A DNA stretch of 18,970 bases from Octopus sinensis (GCF_006345805.1 NW_021824391.1:1-18970), one strand, 5' to 3'. Shown: positions 1 to 8,446, counted from the stretch's first letter. Program-made: numbers and translations. The notes: a model not told the origin generated them from the letters alone.

Positions 1-9
1 GTATGAGCC

Positions 10-222
10 AAAGAGACCTCTATGTGGTAGCTAGATCTGTAGAAATAGCAGCTAAATCTCTACATGGTGACTGGACTCATTAGAAATAACAACAAATCTC
101 ACTCAAGTCACATTTTAACAACTTAAAAAAAGGGAAGGTCAGATGAGATAATATTGTCCACAGATTCATAGATCGGGTATTGCTTATGTTTAATCATCAG
201 ACATTAAACGATGATGATGATG
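10..222 (+). mobile_element. Dispersed repeat/SINE-like 3' fragment ending in (GAT)n
   Basis: The motifs ctctacatggt, gaaatagcagc and aatctcactcaagtcaca are shared with the segment at ~14688-14800, and the fragment ends in a short (GAT)n tail. Confidence 0.5.
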
Positions 223-237
223 ATATATATATATATT

Positions 238-630
238 CCATCAGCATTGCCCAAATGATGTTGGCATCACTTTAAGGTACATCCAAGGCTTGGGCCGTGC
301 CATCCGCCCAAAACAAAAATCGCACTCTCATCTCATAACAACAATACGGCACAATTATTTCACCTCAATTGGCCCCGCTCTCTTTAACATTACACCAAAA
401 CATTAAAACAGAAACTGACCCTATAGGGTTCAAGAAGTCTTTGACAGATTCTTCAAAAATCCCGGAAAAACCCCCTACACCCGGAATGTCCTGTAAACAA
501 TAACTCTCTACTTGAGTGGGTCATAGTGCCAAAATTCTGACTTGAAAGACTTCACCAGGTGGTGCTATTAAGTTAGACATGCCTGGGCCAATAATGGCCG
601 AAACCTATCAAAGTATCAAAGTATCAAAGT
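238..630 (+). mobile_element. 5'-truncated CR1/L2-group LINE 3' end (degenerate ORF2 C-terminus plus 3'UTR)
   Basis: Translates with frameshifts to ...IRHNYFTSIGPALFNITPK..ETDPIGFKKS.DRF..IPEKPPTPG..NNSLLEW, resembling the CR1-type ORF2 tail. The 3'UTR has a GGCCA-ATAA-TGGCC stem-loop and a (TATCAAAG)x3 tail at 606-629. Paralogous to 8119-8446. Confidence 0.8.
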
Positions 631-701
631 ATATATGTATGTATGTATATATATGTATATATATATATTATGTATGTATATATATATGTATATATATATA
701 C
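631..701. repeat. (TA)n/(TATG)n microsatellite
   Basis: Direct inspection. Similar tracts lie at 951-1000, 1363-1514, 1710-1858, 3343-3446, 3668-3780, 4548-4773 and 4951-5150. Confidence 0.95.
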
Positions 702-857
702 TACATGCTACCAAGCCCTCACAAGAGTAAAAAAGAAACAAGAGACAGAAAGAAAAAAGGAAAATGTCCCTTGCATTTGAAAACTATGGAAATATTTTTA
801 AAAAAAAAACATTTCATTTAATTTTTTCCACAATTTAATTGTTTTTCATGCTTTACT

Positions 858-897
858 CTAAGTTGAAAAAGTTGCAAAGACTGAAACCGGTACTAAA
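858..897 (+). ncRNA. Minimal type I hammerhead-like motif, U3-A8 core variant
   Basis: TTGAAAA (863-869), stem II AGT(T)/(G)ACT (870-882), GAAA (883-886), palindromic stem III ACCGGT, GUA triplet ending at 892. Stem I is only 2 bp (AG/CT). Confidence 0.45.
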
Positions 898-950
898 ATG
901 TTCTTCATGATAAAATTATTTTAGCATTTTCTACCTTGTCTTATTTTCCT

Positions 951-986
<36 letters not shown>

Positions 987-1001
987 ATATATATATATTA
1001 C

Positions 1002-1231
1002 ATATTGTATAGAGGGCATTATTACACATAAATGCCTCACACTAGGAGGGACAGAGTCATTACTACCAAAATTATACTAATCATACCAAATGCAGTTTTT
1101 CAAAGCAAGACATTAAAAATGGTCTTGCTTTGAAAAACTGCATTTGGTATGATTAGTATAATTTTGGTAGTAATGACTCTGTCCCTCCTAGTGTGAGGCA
1201 TTTATGTGTAATAATGCCCTCTATACAATAT
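1002..1231. repeat. Perfect inverted repeat, 110-bp arms with a 10-nt spacer
   Basis: 1002-1111 is the exact reverse complement of 1122-1231 (checked base by base). The spacer is ATTAAAAATG. Confidence 0.97.
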
Positions 1232-1404
1232 AGATATAATAATTTGTTCAGAAGAAAAAAAATTATTTTCGGATTCTTTTCTTTTATGAGGTTTTCACGC
1301 TAGCTACCTGTAATTTCTTGTTAAGATCCCTTATTAAGAGATTATCCTTAATTGTTAAAACTTATATATATATACATATATACATATATATTATATGTAT
1401 ATAC

Positions 1405-1436
<32 letters not shown>

Positions 1437-1585
1437 GTATGTACATATATAATATATATATGTATATATATTATATGTATATACATACTATATATGTATA
1501 TACATATATATATAAATGTGACCTTGTGTGTACCGTTGGCGATTTTTTTCCTCTGTCTTCCCTTCTCGGATCTTTCCTTCTCCTA

Positions 1586-1620
1586 TGTTCCGACGAAGAG
1601 CTCCGCTCGAAACGTTAAAT
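1586..1620 (+). ncRNA. Minimal type I hammerhead-like motif (U4->C) in a probable Penelope-like pLTR remnant (1517-1710)
   Basis: CCGACGA (1590-1596), one extra A, stem II GAGC-TCC-GCTC, GAAA (1609-1612), palindromic ACGT stem III, GUU triplet, weak stem I (TT/AA). Confidence 0.55.
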
Positions 1621-1705
1621 CCTCCTTCTTTCCTGAGCATCCAGTAATATATATTTGTTCCACGTCCTCGTGTTGTTATGTTTTTTTGTGCTTTCTTGTT
1701 TGGAT

Positions 1706-1755
<50 letters not shown>

Positions 1756-1823
1756 ATATGTATATATATGTATATACATATATATACATATGTAGTATAC
1801 ATAATATATATATATATATATAT

Positions 1824-1858
<35 letters not shown>

Positions 1859-1859
<1 letters not shown>

Positions 1860-2226
1860 TAGCAGTATCGCGCCCGGCGTTGCTCGGGTTTGTAAGGAAA
1901 TAACTATAAAGCATTTTTAGAGAGTTATAGCCAAACAATGGGAAAAAATGATGGTAAATTTTTTTTTAGTTAAAAAGGTCGAGTGCGTCCCCTAGACAGT
2001 CTGTGGTTTGTGTTTCTGATTCTCGACCCCATGTCGAATTTATCGATTTTTTCAGAACTGGGGAACTTTTCAAAATTTTCACTGCGTTAGTTTTGAATTA
2101 TGACATTGGGCTATGTGTGTGTCAAGTTTCATCAGAATCGGTTGAAAGCCGTGGTCAGGGTGAGGGTACGAGAAAACAGACACACAGAAACACACTCAGA
2201 CAAACTGCCGTTTATATATAGAGAGA
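1859..2226 (-). mobile_element. Non-autonomous Helitron, complete copy
   Basis: The minus strand starts TC (A|TCTCTCTATATATAAACGGCAG) and ends with the hairpin CCCGAGCAACGCCGGG (1888-1873) followed by CTAG|T. It is inserted between A and T with no TSD. Homologous to 7744-8068 and 8462-8870. Confidence 0.88.
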
Positions 2227-2235
2227 TATATATAT

Positions 2236-2476
2236 GACGTTTGAACGTTGGGCTTCACAGAGGCAATGACAAAAGACAGCATACCTCTGGAGGTATGCTG
2301 TGACTGAGAAGACCCGGCAAATAAAGTGAGTCTACAGTTGTAACCTACACCAGTGTCACATAACCAGCCCACTCAAAAGTACCTTGGATCGTAGGGTGAC
2401 ATGCCGTGCTTGAGGAGACCTTTTGAGTGAAGTACATCAAGATCAAATGGAAATTGTATTTGCGATCCCAGTGCCA
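2236..2476. mobile_element. Probable dispersed repeat fragment with an internal partial duplication
   Basis: atgctgtgactgagaagaccc recurs as atgccgtgcttgaggagacc. The segment contains a perfect 12-bp hairpin at 2276-2301. Family not assignable. Confidence 0.4.
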
Positions 2477-2657
2477 TGTTATGTTAGCAAACAATCTTTA
2501 CTCCAAAGTACTGCTGCTGAATATCTCTCGTTGTGAGATTTAGAAATAATAATTTTCTTATTTATAAGTCAGTGACTTGTTGTCACTTTGAAAACTATAT
2601 ATTTTGAATGGAAATATGGCAGCGCCACCTCTAGCCAAGCAATTATTCTGTGCTGAT

Positions 2658-2923
2658 CATCATCATTTAGCGTCCGCTTTCCATGCTGGCATGGATTGGA
2701 CGGTGCAACTGGGGTCTGGGAAGCCAGAAGGCTGCACCAGGCCCAGTCTTATCTGGCAGTGTTTCTACAGCTGGGTGCCCTTCCTAACGCCAACCACTAC
2801 ATGAGTGTAGTGAATGCTTTTTACATGCCAGGCGAGGCTGGCGAACAGCCACGATCGGATGATGCTGTTTACGTGCCACCGGCACGGAGGCCAGGCAAGG
2901 CTGGCAATGGCCACGATTGGATG
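2658..2923 (-). mobile_element. Truncated SINE/retroposon 3' part with (GAT)n tail
   Basis: GC-richer segment starting (CAT)n-ttagcgtccgctttccatgctggcatgg, with an internal repeat (gatgc..ttacrtgcca). Candidate 8-bp TSD GTGCTGAT at 2650-2657 and 2924-2931. Confidence 0.7.
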
Positions 2924-3343
2924 GTGCTGATGAAGAGAAATAACCTGGAAATCGTGATACACAGATATTGTTTTGAGCTGAGTGGGGGTGCTAGATTCCC
3001 TTGTTCGAAAATATAAGGACACAGATCATGTCGTATAGCCAGCTGGAGACGATGTCTCCTGGGGCTAAATTACAGTAACATTTGTCCTAAACCAGGAATG
3101 CCATTTTATGTTGGCAAACAATCTTTACTACAATAATGGCTCTCTAAAATTCAGTATGAGATTCCACAGACATAGTCTGGAACATAAAGAATACAGAAGG
3201 GACTAAATTTTCGTTGTCATCCTTAGGGATGGTCATATTTACGAATTAACAATATCTATTTCAATACATGATTGCACATAAAAAAAATCTGCTAAACTAA
3301 TACATAAATACGAATTTTCAAATTACTCTGCTAATTTAAAGTA

Positions 3344-3374
<31 letters not shown>

Positions 3375-3471
3375 CTATATATAGGAGGAAGGAAGCACTC
3401 TGTTGGTTACGACGATGAGGGATATATATATATATATATATATATAACAATTGCAGCGTGCAGCACGGATT

Positions 3472-3522
3472 TTTGTCAGTGAACAGGTCGCGGTCTTAAA
3501 GCGACGAAAATATTTTGACAAA
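3472..3522 (+). ncRNA. Minimal type I hammerhead ribozyme, G3-C8 core variant
   Basis: Stem I TTTGTCA/TGACAAA (7 bp), core GTGAACA (3479-3485), one extra G, stem II GTCGC/GCGAC (5 bp, 9-nt loop), GAAA (3506-3509), palindromic stem III AATATT. Predicted cleavage after U3515. Confidence 0.75.
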
Positions 3523-3665
3523 TCAAACTTAAATGTAGAAGTGAATCAAACGGTTTTTGTGTGTTTCTTAAATGGCTTACAAACACCTTCCACGCTGCAA
3601 TTGTTTTCATTTCAGCACATGATCTCAGATCAAATCACTTGCTATGCAAGTACATCTCGTAAATA

Positions 3666-3702
<37 letters not shown>

Positions 3703-3840
3703 AGTGTGTGGTTTGTGTGTGTGTGTGTGTGTGTATGTTAATGTATATACATATATATATTTATTTGTATATATTTATGCACACTGATAAATATCAGTTA
3801 ATGGTTGACAAAAAATTAAAACTTACATCATCACATTCAT

Positions 3841-3918
3841 TAGCTAACAGTTGTTTCGGTAATAAATGTGCACCGAATGCTGAGTGCTCATGCAACATTA
3901 TAAGCCTCCTCGGAGCCA
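3841..3918 (-). ncRNA. Type I hammerhead-like motif with long stem II (U4->C)
   Basis: Minus strand reads TGGCT CCGAGGA GG-CTTATAATGTTGCA...TGCACATTTATTA-CC GAAA CAACTG TT AGCTA. Stem I has 5 bp including one G-U, stem III ACAACTGT is near-palindromic, and the triplet is GUU. Confidence 0.6.
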
Positions 3919-3975
3919 TTCATACATATCTAGATATTCATTCACAACACACTGATACACAAAATATATACATAT

Positions 3976-4240
3976 ATATTAAATTTAATTAAAGGTTGTG
4001 TTAACCGCATACGGGGATGGTTTCATCAGAGGAAATACCAGTTCAATATCTAGTATTTTGGGGGAATTAATTTCCTTAAAATAATAGCTATATATAGATA
4101 AAAACATAGTTTATATTCATATAAAAGAAGAAAAAGGAAATGGAGATAAAGAAGTTAAAATTTTTTTATTATTATTAACAGAAAATGAATCATCATTCCT
4201 TACAGCTGTTTCAATTAATGCTCAGTAAATATTAAATTTA
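3976..4240 (-). mobile_element. Probable Penelope-like/retrozyme monomer carrying a circularly permuted (split) hammerhead
   Basis: The minus strand has GAAACAGCTGTA-AGGAA (4212-4196) and, ~160 nt later, TTCCT-CTGATGA (4034-4023). AGGAA/TTCCT form stem I. A 12-bp direct repeat ATATTAAATTTA lies at 3976-3987 and 4229-4240. Confidence 0.45.
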
Positions 4241-4251
4241 TATTTATACCA

Positions 4252-4372
4252 GCACTATGACCCAGACTTATGATGAAGACACTAACCCATGATACAGTGT
4301 TGCAGGATTGAACCCGAAGCATTTTGCTTGTGAAGCCAAATTCTTAACCACAGAACCATACCTGTACCTATA
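4252..4372 (-). mobile_element. Diverged tRNA-derived SINE head
   Basis: Minus strand has an A-box-like TGGTTCTGTGG and a B-box GGTTCAATCC, then agtgtcttc as in the 8888/9310/14030 family. Confidence 0.7.
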
Positions 4373-4646
4373 CATACATACAAACACACAAACACACACT
4401 GAGATACACATATAGGACACACAAACACATTTTCCTCATCTCCTAATTATTATTATTATTATTATTATGAATGATTTGTTAAGAACTAAATATGACAATC
4501 GAAGTTAAAATGTTTTTTTTAATCTATGACAAAATGACACATTACATCATATACATACATACACATATATATATACGTATATATATATATATATAATATA
4601 CATATATATATATACATATATATATATACATACATATATATATATA

Positions 4647-4678
<32 letters not shown>

Positions 4679-4732
4679 CATACATACATATATATATATG
4701 TGTAATTATATATATAGATTATATATAAGATA

Positions 4733-4777
<45 letters not shown>

Positions 4778-5164
4778 CATAATAACAGAAATAGTCTGAT
4801 GAAATTATTTTTAACAGTAACAAAATTGTAATATCACAACAAATTGTTTTCATAACTTAAAGACATGTAAATAATTTGTATTATTATAATTATAATAAAT
4901 ATATTACCTATATTGCTTGCATTAATGCAAAAGGCATAAATCCTTCAGGTGTATATATATATATATATATATTATATCTATATATATATATATATGTATA
5001 TATATATGTATATAAAATATTCATTTCAATGTATGTATATGTGTGGTGTATATACTCACAGATACACATAGGCACATATAATGCTATGCCACATGTGTTG
5101 AAGAAATAAATAGTATATATATATATATATATATATATTTTGTATATAGAATATCAATAGTTGT

Positions 5165-6125
5165 GAAAACAAAGAAGAAGAAAGAGAAGAAGAAGGAGGA
5201 GGAGGAAGAAGGAGGAGAGGAGGAGGAGGAAGAAGTGGAAGAGGACAGGCAACAGAAATGGAAGGAGACAGAAGAGGAAGCAGATAGAAGGAGACGATGA
5301 CAGGAGAAAGGAGAGAGAATGGAAAGGGACAGGAGACAGAGGTGAAAGAAGACAGGAGGGGAAGTAGACAGAAATTAGAGAAGATGGGAGGTGAAGAGAA
5401 GAGGTGAAGAGGAGGAGACAAAAGTGAAAGGGGACAGAAGAGGAAGACAGGAGGTGGAAGCGGAAGACAGGAGGCAGAAGTGGAAGAGGATGGAAGGGAA
5501 AGACAGGAGGCAGAAGTGGAAGAGGCTGGAAGAGGAAGACAGGAGGCAGAAGCGGAAGAGGACGGAAGAAGAAGAGAGGAGGCAGAAGCAGAAGAGGAAG
5601 ACAGGAGACAGAAGTGGAAGAGGATGGAAGAAGAAGAGGAAGGCAGGAGGCAGAAGTGGAAGAGGATGGAAGGGAAAGACAGGAGGCAGAAGCAGAAGAG
5701 GAAGACAGGAGGCAGAAGCGGAAGAGGAAGACAGGAGCGGAAGAGAGAAGACAGGAGCGGAAGAGGAAGACAGGAGCGGAAGAGGAAGACAGGAGGCAGG
5801 AGCAGAAGAGGACGGAAGAGGAAGACTGCAGGCAGAAGTGGAAGAGGAAAACAGGAGGCAGAAGTGGAAGAAGAAGACAGGAGGCAGAATTGGAAGAGGA
5901 TGGAAGAGGAAGACAGGAGGCAGAAGTGGAAGAGGACGGAAGAGGAAGACAGGACGCAGAAGCGGAAGAGGAAGACAGGAGGCAGAAGTGGAAGAGGAAG
6001 ACAGTAAATGGAAAAGAAGATGGAGGGAGAGGAGGATGGGCGAAAAGGGACAGAATGGAAAGGTAGAGGAGGGAGAAGAGAAAGAAGACAGAAAAGGAAG
6101 ACAGGAGGCAGAAGAGGAAGAAGAC
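5165..6125. repeat. Purine-rich minisatellite, ~26-36 bp units (GGAAGAGGAAGACAGGAGGCAGAAGY)
   Basis: Direct inspection. ORFs open in several frames on both strands reflect the lack of stop codons. Confidence 0.92.
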
Positions 6126-6131
6126 ATATAC

Positions 6132-6185
6132 CTTTGATATCTTGGTCTCCTCGCATTATTTCTGTATAATCTCGTGGGTCTGGAA
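6132..6185 (-). CDS. Internal 54-nt coding exon (phase 1-1) of an unidentified gene, peptide xPDPRDYTEIMRGDQDIK(G)
   Basis: The minus strand shows branch point CTAAC (6212-6208), pyrimidine tract ctccctcacatttctctttc, AG (6187-6186), an open 18-codon frame and donor AAG|GTATAT. It is a complex-sequence island between two simple repeats. Confidence 0.8.
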
Positions 6186-6211
6186 CTGAAAGAGAAATGT
6201 GAGGGAGGTTA

Positions 6212-6592
6212 GTGGTGGTGGTGGTGGTGGTGGTGGTGGTGGTGGTGGTAGTGATGGTGGTGGTGGTAGCAGTGATGGTAGTGGCGGTGGTGGCAGTGGT
6301 CATGATTTTAGCATAAACTGTCAGAAGTACTTCAATTAGTGGTGGTGGTGGTCGTAGTAGTGATGGTAGTGGTGGCAGTAGAGGTGGTAGTGGTGGTGGT
6401 GGTGGTGGGGTAGTGGTGGTGCTGGTAGTAGTAGAGATGGTAGTGGTGGTAGTAGTGATGGTGGTGGTGGGTTAGTAGTGGCGGTGGTAGTAGTGATGGT
6501 AGTAGTAGAGATGGTAGTGGTGGTGGTAGCAGATATGGTAGTGGTGGTGGTAGTAGTGGTAGTAGTGATGGTAGTGGTAGTGGTGGTAGTAG
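6212..6592. repeat. (GGT)n/(AGT)n trinucleotide tracts
   Basis: Direct inspection. Confidence 0.95.
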
Positions 6593-6639
6593 ACGTTGAC
6601 GATGGTTCAATGATACCGATAGAAACAGTAGCAACATCT

Positions 6640-7405
6640 GGGGTAAATTGCACCCCTAATAGTGCAAATGTTAGGAAGCAGTAGCCATGATACGGGTTGG
6701 TTGTAAGTAGCATCCCTATTTTAATGGTTACAGTTGTGATGGTCATGGCCAGCAAGGCTGTTAAAAGTACTCCCACTAATGATGATGCTAACAGTACTCT
6801 TATTTCACTAGTGATGGCCATGACTAGCTTGAATTGTTAGTTGTACCCCAGTTTTACTGGTGGTGGCCATGGTTAGCCTGGATTGTTAGTAGTATCCCAA
6901 TTTTACTGGTGGTAGCCATCGATAGCATGGATTGTTAGTTGTACCCCAGTTTTACTGGTGGTGGCTATGGTTAGCTTGGATTGTTAGTAGTACCCCAATT
7001 TTACTAGCGGTAGACATGGATAGCATGGATTGTTAGTTGTACCCCAGTTTTACTGGTGGTGGCCATGGTTAGCTGAATTGCTATAGTAGTACCCCAATTT
7101 TACTGGCGGTGGTAGCCATGGATAGCATGGATTGTTAGTTGTACCCCAGTTTTACTGGTGGTGGCCATGGTTAGCCTGAATTGTTAGTAGTACCCCAATT
7201 TTACTGGTGGTAGCCATGGATAGCATGGATTGCTAGTTGTACCCCAGTTTTACTGGTGGTGGCCACGGTTAGCATGAGTTGTTAGTTGTGCTCCTATTTA
7301 AAGGTGGTGGCCATGGTTAACGTGAGTTGTTAGTTGTACCCAAATTTCACTGGTGGTGGCCATGGTCAGCATGGATTGTAGTTAGTAGTACCCCTATTTT
7401 AGTAA
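6640..7405. repeat. 49-bp minisatellite with 98-bp A/B higher-order structure
   Basis: ATTGTTAGT recurs at 6833, 6882, 6931 and onward. Variants alternate (ttgtaccccagt..ggccatggttagcc versus tagtaccccaat..agccatggatagca), and units degenerate at both edges. Confidence 0.93.
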
Positions 7406-7545
7406 TAGCGGTAGTGGTGGTGGTGGTGGTGGCAGTCTCAACAGGGGGTGGGGAACATCAGGATGGTAAAGACGATGGTAGTTTCGGTTCTGGCTGATGG
7501 AGAAGATGGTACCATAAATGGAAATGGTTATTGGTGTTGCAACAT

Positions 7546-7735
7546 AAACCTTTTAGCATTCGGATTATCGTGTCAAATGTAATCCTTATTTATCCACGTT
7601 GCTAAGGGATTAATCATGGATTATCTCATCGCTTTGAGATTTCAACGATGTGATTGTTTAATCCTACAATGACATTGTGGGAAAGGTGCAAGAGGCCAGA
7701 TCTGGCTGCCTTGATCATAAAATAAGTTGAAAATA
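7546..7735. mobile_element. Possible truncated piggyBac-type MITE
   Basis: Starts TAAA-CCTTTTAGCATT, resembling a TTAA target plus a CCCTTTAG terminus. No matching right end is seen, and the assignment rests on recall of similar repeats. Confidence 0.35.
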
Positions 7736-7743
7736 TACATACA

Positions 7744-8067
7744 CTAGCAGTATAGCCAAAAAATAGCAAAAAGATGGAAAAAAATGATGGTAAATTTTTT
7801 TTTTAGTTAAAAAAGGTGGAGTTGCGTCCCCTAGACAGTCTGTGGTTGTGTGTTTCTGATTCTCGACCCCATGTCGAATTTATCGATTTTTTTCAGAAAC
7901 TGGGGGACTTTTCAAAATTTTCGCTGCGTTAGTTTGAATTATGACATTGGGCTATGTGTGTGTCAAGTTTCATCAGAATCGGTTGAAAGCCGTGGTCAGG
8001 GTGAGGGTACAAAGAAAACAGACACACAGAAACACGCACAGACAAACTGCCGTTTATATAGAGAGAG

Positions 8068-8068
<1 letters not shown>
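7744..8068 (-). mobile_element. Non-autonomous Helitron with the 3' hairpin deleted
   Basis: Near-identical to 1859-2226 and retains TC and CTAG termini, but ~60 bp including the hairpin is missing. Confidence 0.88.
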
Positions 8069-8099
<31 letters not shown>

Positions 8100-8118
8100 T
8101 ATATTATATATATATATG

Positions 8119-8446
8119 TTCAAGATCACAGCATACATGTACACTACAACATAATTTCTTTCCTCAACAGGCCCTGCCCTATTAAACATTGTCCCGAAAG
8201 AGATCAAAGAGGAACAGGATCCCATCAACTTTAAACGGAGTCTGGATAGATTCCTTCAAGGAATACCAGATAAGCCACCCATAATTGGATACAACTCACC
8301 CCAACAAAAACTCACTACTTGAATGGACCAGAAACAAAAACTTGACCTTAAAAGGATCGAATAATCTATTCACGGTGGCGCTATTAAGTTAGACATGGCC
8401 TGGACCAATCATTGGCGAAACATATCTAAGTTTTATCTAAGTTTAT
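8119..8446 (+). mobile_element. CR1/L2-group LINE 3' end, second subfamily
   Basis: Translates with frameshifts to LQHNFF..TGPALLNIVPKEIKEEQDPINFKRSLDRFLQGIPDKPPIIGYNS..NKNSLLEW. Shares the 3'UTR ggtggYgctattaagttagacatg..gaaac with 238-630. Tail is (TATCTAAGTTT)x2. Confidence 0.82.

Noticed and set aside
1130-1145. TTGAAAA box in the right arm of the foldback
   Set aside because: No matching GAAA/stem III half was found, so it cannot be called a hammerhead.
2927-2960. CTGATGA-N14-GAAA
   Set aside because: No stem II or stem III pairing and no valid NUH triplet.
2604-3022. Three short overlapping ORFs
   Set aside because: They lie over a SINE insertion, with no recognisable domain or splice context.
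4796-4880. CTGATGA followed by AATTATTT...AAATAATT stem
   Set aside because: No GAAA box follows the stem and there is no stem I partner. At best it is a truncated remnant.
5056-6303. 415-aa ORF and overlapping ORFs over the purine-rich repeat
   Set aside because: They are low-complexity translations open in many frames. Only the 54-nt exon part has splice signals and complex sequence.
6336-6821. 161-aa ORF resembling a signal peptide plus Thr-rich mucin
   Set aside because: It is built from degenerate 49-bp minisatellite units and (ACC/ACT)n tracts.
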